A stretch of DNA of 64,000 nt from Malacoraja senta (Eukaryota). Positions within the stretch are counted from its first letter, which is position 1. Each line of letters opens with the position of its first letter. Position numbers and translations under genes: made by a program. The notes below the pieces were generated by a model. It did not search any database, was not told where the DNA came from, and saw only the letters and a list, made by a program, of their open reading frames with translations. Location: assembly GCA_038087875.1 (NCBI GenBank), contig CM075987.1, positions 22,258,001 through 22,322,000 of the forward strand, written 5' to 3'. Shown here in pieces: positions 25,296 through 37,153 of this stretch.

Positions 25296-25690
25296 CGATA
25301 TAGCACAGAAACAGGTCATTTGGCCCATTGAATCTGCACTGGCATCAAGCATCCATCTTTATATTAATCCTAATACACCTTTATATTAATCCCACCCCAA
25401 CTCATTTTAATCTCCCCACTTTCTTGTCAACTCTCCCCAGATTCCACCACCTCACCTACACTAGGGTCAATTTGCAGTGGCCAGTTAACCCTCCCCACGT
25501 GCACATTTTTGGGATGTGGGAGGAAATTGGTGCACCCAATGGAACCCCAAGCATCTTTGTGGGAAGCGTCTTTCTCACAAACATTCTGTTAACCCATTGT
25601 GGTCCCAGAGAGACCGTGCAAGCTCCACTCAGACAGCACTCGAGGTCGGGATTGAACCTGGGTCTCTGGGGCAGTTGCCCTATTGGCTTG
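25296..25690 (-). mobile_element. HE1/V-SINE-like SINE, old copy with an internal insertion
   Basis: B-box (GGATTGAACC on plus), GTGGGAGGAAA core, CR1-type tail. Confidence 0.75.
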
Positions 25691-25939
25691 GCAATTGGCA
25701 GCTTGCCACTTACTTCAATCTTCAACTTTCTCTGATTCTTGCACAGAGCAATCAACCTGAAAGACTAATTCAGTTTCTTTCTCCACAGAAGCTGCATGGC
25801 TTGCCAAATGTTTCCAGCACCCTCTGCTTTTGTACAGATTCACTGCTTATTTCCTGCACAGGAATGAAAGTAAAATGGCTACAAAGCACACTTGGGATTC
25901 TAAATCACATATTAGATCATAACATTATTTTAGAGAGGT

Positions 25940-26140
25940 TCTCCCAAGTATGTTGGTCAATATTTATTCCTCAGTTAAGGTCACTGCCACATTATGTTTA
26001 TGGGAGCTTGCTGTGCAGAAATATGCTCTTTATGACAACTTGCTGCGTTCACATTTCATACATTCCAAATAACCGCAATTTAAAATAAAACCATAATCAT
26101 CCAAAAGGTATGAAAGGCGTTACAGAAATGCAAGCATTTC
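25940..26140 (+). mobile_element. Deu-domain SINE remnant
   Basis: TGTTTATGGGAGCTTGCTGTGCAGAAAT...TGAAAGGCGTTACAGAAATGCAAG. Confidence 0.55.
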
Positions 26141-26614
26141 CTTTCTTTAAATAATACGGGTCCAATTTACAATGCTCACCAATGCCCTAACATCACTGTT
26201 TCATTTCCATCCCTGTAAGTTTGGCAGTGTGTTTGCCAACTGTGCCATTGCAACTCAGGAGTAAATGTAGGAACAGCAAGGCATCATTCAGAATCCCTCA
26301 ACTCCATCACTGGCTATTGTATCCATCATGATCCCTCTGTGTATGTTGCTGATAACCACCTATTTATTCCTGCCTCTATTGTCGAGCCCACTGAGACTAT
26401 AGCTGTGCTACAAAGCGCGCAGCCCAGAGTCATCTGGTGTTGATAGTCAGCTGAGTGGCAATGTTATTCTTTTCCCCCCAACACAGTGTAATGAAAGCTG
26501 ATTTGAGAGAGAGGGCAGGTTGAGTCAGAATCCAGCTCACGTGAGTGGGAGGATGATTAGTTCTGTGCTTCTCGCAGCTGCCGTCAGTAGCTCAGAGTCA
26601 GAACCCATGGGAAT

Positions 26615-26628
26615 ATCTCCATGGCAAC
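26615..26628 (+). promoter_or_regulatory. Candidate RFX X-box
   Basis: ATCTCCATGGCAAC in a TE-free island. Confidence 0.45.
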
Positions 26629-27444
26629 TTGCTGTCAGTCAGTCTCCGTTCATGATGTCAATTATTTTCGAATTTTATTAGCGCCTACTTTTTCTTTCCA
26701 AAATACAGAGTGAGGCTTGTTTCTCGCTGGCGAAGTCCATGTGTCAGAAATGATTTGAGAAATTTAAATCGTTGTTTTATTGTTTTAGAGAACGTTTCAA
26801 AGCTCATGCGGAGCACTCAGTGTTATGCAAATTTGGAGAAAATGTGCATTGCAAATGTCAAAATACTGGAATTGTTGAGCAATCTTCATCCCAAGATATG
26901 TACCAGGGATAATTTTACATATTTTATACCTGCAACTGCAATATAAGCAACTTTTTTTCTCTGATGGTGCAGTTCTATTTTATAATTTTTCATATAAGAA
27001 AGCTCCTTGCAGAAATTTCAGATTGATTTCGGTGATCTGATTTACACCCCCCCACCCCCAAGATTTTTCATCTGATTTCAAGCCTAGGTCCTTCATAGTG
27101 TTCGTGCCCTCAATTCTCTCAAAAGCTGGTGTGTGATTGCACAGTTTCCAAATGTCTCATCAGCCAGTGAGCGTTGATTTCGGACAGGCCGATGATCCTG
27201 ACCCCGGAATCCTGCAGTCACATCCGGCAGGAATCCCTGCATGGGACCATGGATTTGGAAGTTTAATCCCAGTGATCAAGAAGCAAATCCGAAAACCAAA
27301 TGACTTCCATTTGTTCACCACTTTTTACAACCTCTAGAGTTCACAATGCATTTCATCATCAGTTAAGTCATTTTTGAAGTGTCATCACTGCTTTGTCTGG
27401 AGGGAAATAGCCAGTTTGTGCAGAGTACAATCGCTGCACCAGTC

Positions 27445-27965
27445 TTCTCATCCCATCTCCACCTCTTTCCCACTTCCACAGAGATCGCTTCCTTGACACC
27501 TCCTCAGTTCAATCACCCCTTCCCACCCAAACCATCCCCTCTCCAGGTAATGACCCCCTGCAACCACAGGAATTGTAGCATCTGTCCCTATACCTCCTCC
27601 CTCGCCTCCATCCAAGGACCCCAGCAGTCCTTCCAGGTAAGATTGAGGTTCACACGCATCTCCTCCAATTTCATCTACTGCATCTTGTGTTCCCAATGTG
27701 GCCTCCTGTACATTGGATGTCCTGGTTGCTAACCATGTTATCTCCCCTTCCCATTCTCAAACTGACCTTTCTGTTCTGGGCCTCCTCGATTCCAGCTTTC
27801 TTCTCCTCACCCGCCCCCCTCTCCACCACACACAATCTATCAGAAGAAGGGTCCCAACCCGAAACATCACCTATCCATGTTCTGCAGAGAAGCTGCCGAA
27901 TCCACTGAGTTACTTCAACACTTTGTTTTTATTTGTAAACCAACATCTGCAGTTCCTTGTTTCTT
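27445..27965 (+). mobile_element. Penelope-like element fragment encoding part of the GIY-YIG endonuclease, followed by pLTR
   Basis: ORF 27379-27732 ends PCNHRNCSICPYTS...SFQVRLRFTRISSNFIYCILCSQCGLLYIG (Cys knuckle, then IY..C..C...YIG). It is followed by CAGAAGAAGGGTCCCAACCCGAAACATC and the same 3' end as the short elements. Confidence 0.88.
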
Positions 27966-28810
27966 CAGGAATGGACAATAATGGAATCCAATCTGAGTTG
28001 AGAGATAAAAACTGGTAGAACAGAGAGCACAACTATCTTCAAAATAATGCCATGGCATTTTTGCCTTTTATTGAGTAGTTAGTTCCAAAGGATTGTGCCT
28101 TCGACAGGCAGCACTCTTTTCAGCACTGCACTGGCAAATAAACCTGGATTATTGTGTAAATCATTGGGCTGGAACTAAAATTCATGATCTTCTCCTCAGA
28201 ACTGAGAGTGTCACCACTCAGCTATCGCTCATCAGGGGCTATTGTCGAATCATTGCAAGTCCTTTTGACTTTATGCAACACCATGGAACTTGCGATGGTG
28301 CAGTTTCGGGGAGAACACAAATGCCAATTGATTATTGCCCATTTTATGCTATCACTTAAAGTCAGAATTCCCCTCAGCAACACCACAACTGTGGGCAATG
28401 AATTGCACAAAGTAGGATTTGGAGGGTGGGCATTCTGTGGGAGCAGTGGGCTGCGGATTTTGTACACAATTCTGTCTAACGCTGCAACAGTCTGTCGCTG
28501 ATGTCTGCCCCTTCACATTTAGCCCTTTGCGATTAAAAAATGTATCTGCAGTCATGGATGAATGATCATCAGTTGTGGTAATGGCTGGCAGGAGTGTCCT
28601 TCACTTTGGCCAAGTTAGAAAAATGCACATTTATCTCATTTGATTCCTGCGATTCCTTCCTATAACAGGCTCAAAGAATAGGATGCAAAGCAGGAAGCTG
28701 GAAGAGTCAACGCTGGAAGTATCAAAAGCCAGGATAGAGATGGGTGATGTATTGCAAGTAAGTAGATGTAGAGCACTTAGAGAAGGAGGAGATGTGGGAT
28801 TGCAGCCTGG

Positions 28811-28864
28811 TTAGGGTTATGGTTAGGGTTAGGGTTAGGGTTAGGGTTAGGGTTAGGGTTAGGG
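28811..28864 (+). repeat. Interstitial telomeric sequence (TTAGGG)9
   Basis: Nine units, one variant (TTATGG). Confidence 0.97.
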
Positions 28865-29763
28865 AATACAATTCCAGAACGACAGCATTTTGAACACACT
28901 GTGAAATGACCTAACAAACACTCAGTAGAAGGGTATTGTTGGAAGAGTAATAAAATGCAGAACTTTCCACCAATCTTATGTCCCATGAACGAATGAATAA
29001 AAAGGAAACCCAGCCCAGGGTCAGTAAAGGGCAGCGTAGTTGCAATATTCCTGGATTCAAACCCCAGCATTTTTCGGAGTTGGATTATCTGAGGCAGCAG
29101 AAACTAGGCCACGGTTTGTCTCCAGCATTCATGAGCTCGGGAGGCAGAAGCAGCCAGGTTTCCCACTTCCAGGACACCTCACACTAAGCCTTGCTCCTCA
29201 GGCACGAGAGAAACGCGGCCTTGAGTTGTAGGGTGAAGGCAGCCATCCGGTGCCACCTGCCAATGCTCACAAACGAAGAGCGCGTGCGATGCAGGGAGGT
29301 TAGTTGAGCTGCAAGACAGCAAGGAGTCAATGCCTTCTGGAGGGGAAGGGGGGGGGAGGGGGAAACTGGGGGAGGTTTGGCTGAGAACAATTGGCAAAGA
29401 CGAAAAGAGTGCAGCTGAAGAACAGAGCTGTGGGGCCAGCAGGTTCCAATCAGGCTGACTGGCGGTCTGTTCTTCAACAACTTGCATTACATGCCATATA
29501 AGGTAAAATATGGGGTTTGACTCCATCACCAAATGGAGTGCTTTAAAATACTTGGATTGCCATACACGCAGCAGAGGCTTGTTGCATAAAATAACCAAGC
29601 AGTCAAGCCAAAGTTGTAGTGAAGATCTGCTGGGAGAGACACAGAACCACTATGAGAAGCTTTGTTTCTTTGTGAGAAGCTACTTTCACACACACATTCT
29701 GTTAACCCATTGTGGTCCAAAGGCCAAAAGCAGTTGACCGGCTTACAGCTATTAATATTAAAT

Positions 29764-30005
29764 TTTAGTTTAGTTTAGAGATACAGCGCTGAAACAGACC
29801 ATTTCGGCCCAACAAGTCTGTGCCGACTAGCGATCCCTGCACACTAACACTCGGGACAATTTACAATTATACCAAGCCAATTAACCTACGAACCTGTATG
29901 TCTTTGGAGTGTGGGAGGAAACCGGAGCTCCAGGAGAAAACCCACACAGGTCACAGGGAGAACGTACAAACTCCGTACTAACAGTGCCTGTAGTTAGGAT
30001 CGAAC
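29764..30005 (-). mobile_element. HE1/V-SINE-like SINE
   Basis: (TTTAG)n tail, GTGGGAGGAAACCGGAG core and GGATCGAAC B-box seen on the plus strand. Confidence 0.85.
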
Positions 30006-30227
30006 GCGTCGACATATCGAAATGTAATTGAAAATTCAAGTAATCAGCTGATTAGCTAGCATCTGTAGAGAGGGAAATAATGTTTAAAGTTGATTATCTT
30101 TCATCTTAAACTATTTGATTGTTAGTATTGTTTATCTCAGAAAATTATGTCAAGGTGGATGCTGTTGGCAAAATATTACTTGCCTTACATCCAGCCGCAA
30201 TACCCACAAATCCCAGGGCAAATGTAA

Positions 30228-30270
30228 GAAGGGTCTGAAGAAGGGTCTCGACCCGAAACGTCACCCATTC
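30228..30270 (+). ncRNA. Minimal type I hammerhead ribozyme motif in a PLE-derived element (element 30231-30327, resuming at about 31423-31462)
   Basis: Stem I GAAGGGT/ACCC(A)TTC; CTGAAGA 30235-30241; stem II GGGT-CTCG-ACCC; GAAAC 30255-30259; GTC 30260-30262. Confidence 0.7.
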
Positions 30271-30327
30271 CTTCTCTCCAGAGATGCTGCCTGTCCCACT
30301 GAGTTACTCCAGCATTTTGTGTCTATC

Positions 30328-31424
30328 GTGCGGTATTGGGGGTTCAGTATTGATGTGGATAGACAACTGGCTGGCAGACAGGAAGCAAAGAGTAGGAGTA
30401 AACGGGTCCTTTTCAGAATGGCAGGCAGTGACTAGTGGGGTACCGCAAGGCTCAGTGCTGGGACCCCAGCTATTTACAATATATATTAATGATTTGGACG
30501 AGGGAATAGAATGCAACATCTCCAAGTTTGCGGATGACACGAAGCTGGGGGGCAGTGTTAGCTGTGAGGAGGGTGCTAGGAGGCTGCAAGATGACTAGGC
30601 TGGGTGAGTGGGCAAATGCATGGCAGATGCAGTATAATGTGGATAAATGTGAGATTATCCACTTTGGTGGCAAAAACAGGAAAGTAGACTATTACCTGAA
30701 TGGTGGCCGATTAGGAAAAGGGGAGATGCAACGAGACCTGGGTGTCATGGTACACCAGTCATTGAAAGTGGGCATGCAGGTGCAGCAGGCAGTGAAGAAA
30801 GCGAATGGTATGTTAGCATTCATAGCAAAAGAATTTGAGTATAGGAGCAGGGAGGTTCTACTGCAGTTGTACAGGGTCTTGGTGAGACCACACCTGGAGT
30901 ATTGCATACAGTTTTGGTCTCCTAATCTGAGGAAGGACATTCTTGCCATAGAGGGAGTACAGAGAAGGTTCACCAGACTGATTCCTGGGATGTCAAGACT
31001 TTCATATGAGGAAAGACTGGGTAGACTCGGCTTGTACTCGCTGGAATTTAGAAGATTGAGGGGGGATCTTATAGAAACTTACAAAATTCTTAAGGGGTTG
31101 GACAGGCTAGATGCAGGAAGATTGTTCCCGATGTTGGGGAAGTCCAGAACAAGTGGTCATAGTTTAAGGATAAAGGGGAAATCTTTTAGGACAGAGAGTG
31201 GTGAATCGCTGGAATTCTCTGCCACAGAATGTAGTTGAGGCCCGTTCATTGGCTATATTTAAGAGGGAGTTAGATGTGGTCCTTGTGGCTAAAGGGATCA
31301 GGGGGTATGGAGAGAAAGCAGGTACAGGATACTGAGTTGGATGATCAGCCATGATCATATTGAATGGCGGTGCAGGCTCGAAGGGCCGAATGGCCTACTC
31401 CTGCACCTATTTTCTATGTTTCTA
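30328..31424 (+). mobile_element. CR1 LINE, 5'-truncated, about 1.1 kb, frameshifted RT
   Basis: ORFs 30284-30598 ([21 protein letters not shown]...[11 protein letters not shown]) and 30528-31238 (LVRPHLEYCIQFWSP...LEFRRLRGDLIETYKI); CR1 3' UTR and TTTCTATG tail. Confidence 0.95.
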
Positions 31425-31999
31425 TCTTTGTTTTAAACCAGCACCTGCAGTTCCTTCCTACACAGATGTAACATGTCTTTCCTCTCCAATCTCCCTGTCT
31501 CTCTGCCTCTTTTTCTTCCTTTAAGAAGTTCCACAAAATGTTTAATTCTATCTGCCCTAATATCTCTTCCTGTGGCCCAATGCCTGGCCTTGTTTAATAA
31601 TTTATCAGAATTTTTTTTTTGCAATCGTTTACTACATTAAAAGTGGTGTATTAACATAAATGAAAGGATAGCAAAATTACCACGTTACTGAACTAGCAAT
31701 CAAGAAGGCCAACTAATGATCCGAAGACTTGAGATTACATTATTCAAAGTAGGGAATTTTAATTCAGCTAATTCAATAATCCAAAATAAAATGGTGGCAA
31801 TGAAATTACTGCATTGGTGTGAAAATGCAGATGGTTCAATGTTGCCCCCTGAGGGAATGAAATCTGCTGTTCCTACACAAACTGGGCCATGTGCATTCAC
31901 CTCTACGGATGAAGCACTCTGTGGTTACATGCAGTGAGAGGAGGACAATATTCATGCGTTCCGAGTGCCACCCAATGACCATCTCAAGGAAAAGCCTAA

Positions 32000-32323
32000 T
32001 GGGCCTGTCCCACTTACGCGACTTTTCGGCACCTGCCGGCACCCGTCATAGGTCGTTGCAGGTTGCCGTAAATGTTCAACATGTTCAAAATCCAGCGGCG
32101 ACCAGAACAAGGTACGACTCTTTGGGCGACTACTTACGACCAGACATGGTCGCCAGGGTGTCACCTGTATGGTCGCGAGTCGTCTCCTCAGTCGCCCAAA
32201 GAGTCGTAGCGTCTTTCTGGTCGCCGCTGGATTTTCAACACGTTGAAAATTTTCGGCGACCTGCTACGACCTGTGACGGGTACCGCCCGTCGCCGAAAAA
32301 GTCGCGCAAGTGGGACAGGCCCA
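32000..32323. mobile_element. PIF/Harbinger-type MITE, nearly fully palindromic
   Basis: TIR TGGGCCTGTCCCACTT / AAGTGGGACAGGCCCA; TAA TSD at 31997-31999 and 32324-32326; about 130-bp imperfect inverted arms. Confidence 0.9.
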
Positions 32324-32614
32324 TAAGCATCTATCTTTGATGTTCAGCTGAATTATCGTTGCTGTGTCCCTAGGTTTGCCATTGACCACAAAAGTTACCG
32401 GGCCACAAGAAGAAGTCTGCGGTTGGGAATGCTCCAGCAAACCACTCATCTGACACGTTTAAACTTTTCCACTATCTACAAGGTAGAGGTAAGGACGTGA
32501 AAAAAATAACCTCCACTTGCTGGAATGAGTGCAGTTCCAACAAATCTCAAGAACCTGATCACACCCAGATTAACACAGCCCTGTTGACTGGCACCCCATC
32601 ACCAATCTAGCTAT

Positions 32615-32872
32615 TAGAGTCATAGAATGATACAGCACGGAAACTGGCCCTTCAGCCCAAAATGTCCCAGCTACACTAGTCCCACCTCCCCATTTTTGGA
32701 CCATATTCCTCCAAACCTATCTATGTACCCATCTAACTGTTTCTTAAATGTTGGGATAGTCCCTGCCTCAACTACCTTCTCTGGCAGCTTGTTCCATACA
32801 CCCACCACCCTTTGTGTGAAAAAGTTACCCCTCAGATTCCTATTAAATCTTTTCCCGTTCACTTTAAACCTT
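32615..32872 (-). mobile_element. CR1 LINE 3' end
   Basis: ORF 32671-32862(-): RFNRNLRGNFFTQRVVGVWNKLPEKVVEAGTIPTFKKQLD. Confidence 0.88.
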
Positions 32873-33219
32873 CACCTTAAACCCACATCACCTTATTCAT
32901 TAAGTCTACCACTACTAGACCTCAGCTACAGTGTCTCTCGTCTGCAAATTGTACTATAGCTGACTACCTATAGCTACTTCAACAGCACCTTAACTACATA
33001 GAGAGACATGGGTGGGAGGTGCAGGGGATCATCATGTTCTGCAGTCAGCCTTCCAAGTTTGCATGCCATCCTGACCTGTAATAATAACATGGACGTTGAC
33101 CATATATATGGCATTAAGGAGCCACAGTCAAGTTGGAGTCAACGGGGATGACGAGAAAAATTATTTAAAGGCTGGAATCATACAAAGTAAGGTAGCTGTC
33201 ATCAGCGGAAACGTGTAAT

Positions 33220-33680
33220 GTCTGCCCCAGGACATTGCCACGGGAGATCCTCAGGGCAGTGCTTTGGGCCAAAGCATCCATAACTTCTTTACTAATAGCC
33301 TTCTCCCCATAATCAAACCTGAGGCAGGGATGCATGATGATGATAAAAGGGTTTGGTTCCATTCACAACCCATCAGATAACGAGGCTGTCTGTGCCTGCA
33401 CCAAGCGTGACCTGGACAACATTCAGGATTGAGCTGAGAAGAAGTATTATGCAATACAATGGCAGCTAGTGACCATTGCTAACAAATACGAATCTTCTCC
33501 TGTCAGAGCTCCCACCCTCAACATCTTCAATGTCACAATTGACCTGAGACTTGACCAGACCAGCTACATAAATACAGTGGCTATAGGGGCAAGTCATAGG
33601 TTGCAGGTAGTTCACCTCTTGACTCCTAAAGCTTGTTCACCCAGGCATGCCACAAGGCATAAGTGTGTGAATACACATAG
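33220..33680 (+). mobile_element. Old CR1-clade RT remnant (distinct subfamily)
   Basis: cctcagggcagtgctttgggccaa (PQGS..G motif) and gacctggacaacattcagg (DLDNIQ). Confidence 0.55.
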
Positions 33681-35689
33681 GTCAGGATTCAACTATATTG
33701 GAATTACACCTAAGTTGGTGATTGTGAGGTTACTTGAATTTTTAAGGTGTTACAATGTAGAAAAAAAGCCCTATAATCCAATGTCTGAAAGTGATCATGC
33801 TCCACATAAGCCTCTTCCCACTGTAATCCTATCCTATCAGAATTATTTTATTCCTCTTTCCCTCAGCTATTTGCCTACTTTCTCTTTAAATGCACCTCTA
33901 CTACTCTTCTCACCTACTTTTATTTAGTAGCGAGTTTCACCAATATCTCGCTCAGAATTGGATTTAAGAGCAACTCTTTTAAATTGATGGCCACTTGTTT
34001 TGAACACCTTGTACGTGGAGCCGACATCATTAAATCCATTCTTTGTCAGGTAGCCTTTCATCTCTTTAGGAATATTTTTTACTAGTTTACCTTCCCCCAG
34101 TTCATAATTAGCTATTTTTTCCACACCATTATTAACACTTTTATCTCACTGAAGTCTCCCAGAATTATCTGAAACATATGATGTCAGATCATAATACTGT
34201 GAAAGTGCTATTGAACCTAGAATTGACAAAGTGGACACTGCAAGAGAAAGATTTGACAAATTGGACAATTACCTCTTGGCTAACTGCTGCTACAAAGCGG
34301 CAACACAGGAGTTCAGCTGTTGTCCCTTGGAGGGGGAGGGGAGGAATCGGTCATTTGAACTAAGATTACCAAGCAAGAATTTTGCAGGCTTAGACATCGT
34401 AGTTTAACACCCTACACAATAGGATTCTGCACTGACTTCACTGGGAGTGTGAAACCTGGACTAGACATATTATTAATCCATGGGGCCATTGGTCAGTCTA
34501 TGGAAGAACCGCATTCAAAAGGACTTCTGTGGAAGTTGCTGGTCTTGATTCATTAAACTGCACAAAAGATTTCTTTCGGCAAGAACCAATTTTGGAGATA
34601 GTACATAAGTAATTTGGCACATGTTAAGTGAAGCATGCTTGGTAGGATTAGGTGTTTTGGACTTACGGTTGCTGAAGGAATTCATCAGTGTAGTTTTTCT
34701 CGCCTCATGTCTGGTTCATTTGTTATCTAACCTAATCGATTGCTACGATTAATCAAAAGCTCCATTATTATTGTACCCTGTGACAACCTTGGTGATGGAA
34801 GATGGACCTTAATCTGCTTCTATTTCGAAGCTCTTGAGCACAAACATACCCTGATTTCAACCAGTTGGAGACTACAATTTACTTGCATGTCTCTGGGCTG
34901 GGGAAGGGGAAATGAGATTCCCTCTTCTAATTCCGAAGTGGTGATACATGCTCGGACGTACATTTGTATGGACTTTAGATGAGAATATCATTTTCATGTG
35001 TCATCCTCTCCCCCCTGATATCATGGTGCCATCCACTGCCTGAATATAGCTGATGAAGAGGAGGGAGGATCAGGTAGCTGCAGTGGGGACCCACTTGCGA
35101 GCAAAAAGATCCAACAAAAACCACATGACAATGATTGAATAATCTGTGCTGTGATGTTGGTTGAGGTTCAATTATCGGTTGAGACACCTTAAGGAAATTC
35201 CCAGCTCTACTTCAAAGAAGTGGCAACTAAGGTTTTTTCCACCAGTGTTGAAGGATAGACAGATCCTCAGTGTAAGATTGTATCTGGAAGACTCTATTTG
35301 TGACAATATAACTCTTTCCCAGCACTACGAGTGTGGGTTCAGATCTCTGAGAGTGGACTTAACCCATGACCGAGGCAGGAGAAGAAAAATGCCACTGAAG
35401 AGAGGCAACATTTTGCGGGTAGATTGCAGGAGTAAGCTGGTAATTCGGATTTTGACCTTTTAAAGCTGAAACCTGTAGCCACAACTACAGCTGTAGGAAA
35501 CAGGCTTTTGAACTGTTTAAATGCATCGGCGATCTTACGATCAGCCGACGGATTCAACGGACCGACTCCCAGAACACAAGCACAGCATCTGCATCTGCAT
35601 TGGATCATGGCCTGGTTATGGCAATTTCACAAGGGGCTATGGAGAGTGGTGACCTCAGCCTGGTCCACCGCAGGCACAGCCCTAACCAC

Positions 35690-35850
35690 CATCTATTGAG
35701 GCACCTCCTCAAGAAGGTGCCATCTATCGTTAAGGATTCCCACATCCAGGCCATGCTACCATCAGGCTGGAAGTACAGAAGCCTGCAGTCCCACACCACC
35801 AGATTCAGGAACAACTACTTTCCTACACCTATCGAGTTCCTGAATTGACC
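35690..35850 (+). mobile_element. Rex1 RT C-terminus remnant
   Basis: Translation IVKDSH...LPSGWKYRSLQSHTTRFRNNYFPTPIEFLN. Confidence 0.75.
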
Positions 35851-37153
35851 TGAATAACTCTACCTGTGTTTCCATGTTCGTGGGACTGTGGATGTGAATC
35901 CATGGTCCCCTGTTCATCCACATTACTAGTGCCCTGCCGTTTACTTTTCATGCCTTAGCCCATGTTTAGCCCCCCATTTGTGAGGATTAAATTCCATCTG
36001 CCAACCATCTGCCTGACATTCCATCTAAACTATGTCTTGCTTTAGCCTGAAATAATTTTCCTTGCTATCCACACCATCAATTGTGTGTCATCTACAAATT
36101 TACGAACCCTTTATCTTTTCACTGTCGCGCATATTTTATGCATAATTTGTGTTTTGTGTGCTTGTCTGAGACTGTGTACCTGTGGTGCAAGATTCTCATT
36201 GTAACTGCAGCTCAGTGTAGTTGTGTGTATGACAATATACTTGACATGAGAGTGCCCACAAATGAATTCAGGACCGACAGAGTGTGTGAATTAAGATCAG
36301 GAAGGTCCGTGCTTACTGAACATCAAGAAATAAATCAGGTTTCATAGAATGAGTAATGCACTCGAGATCTTTGATGTGATTTAGTTGCTTGTATCTAACC
36401 CCAGATCACCAAAGCTTCCCCTGACCCAAGCAACGTGTCTTATTTCTGTACACGAGGGCGCTTGTCCTTAAATAATCAGTGTTCAAATGGAAAAGGACCA
36501 AAACACGACAACAGCATACAAAAAGGTATCACAATTAATCTCTCATACCTTTTCAAAAAAGCTTCTAAGAGACCACATCAAAGAGGGAGCACTTGTAATT
36601 CATTCTTAAAGTGAAACAATGCACTGAGTAAAGAAGGATGAAAGTTTTGAGAATTCCCACACCTAAGATCCCTTCTGGCTCACTCCTCTTTATCTCTGTG
36701 ACTTCCTTCAGCCTTGACATCTCCAAGATCTCTGCCTGCCTGCATTTCTGCCTTTTTGCAATTCACCCTTTGTAATCACAATTAGGTCAGTTGTTTGCTT
36801 TCAATTACCTGTCCTAAGTTCTGGTTTCTCCTCCCTTAAGCAAAGTGTCAACATCTTCAGCAGAGGATCTCAGCAGATTGGGGATCTTACTGTACACTAG
36901 GCACAATTAGACTCAAGTACAAGAGTGCTAGATAGTGGATTACAGTGGATTGAAGCAGTATTCAAGAATCGCCCAGTTTCCAGCCCCATCTTATACCCTT
37001 CAAGTTCAGTGAAGCTCTCGATATACATACACGATTTCTCTTGAGATTTATGACTAAATTTTCTTCCAGTGATTTTTCAAGCAGATAATGACAATTCGCT
37101 GTGTTAAAACAATACTTATATTGGAATTGGAGTTCTTTTATCGGTCATCTTAA

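Noticed and set aside
29378-29391. 14-mer TTGGCTGAGAACAA repeated at about 61319
   Set aside because: Exact 14-bp matches are expected by chance within 64 kb.
33924-34124. Protein-like ORF MEKIANYELGEGKLVKN...
   Set aside because: Short, non-ATG start, in-frame stop just upstream, and no recognisable domain.
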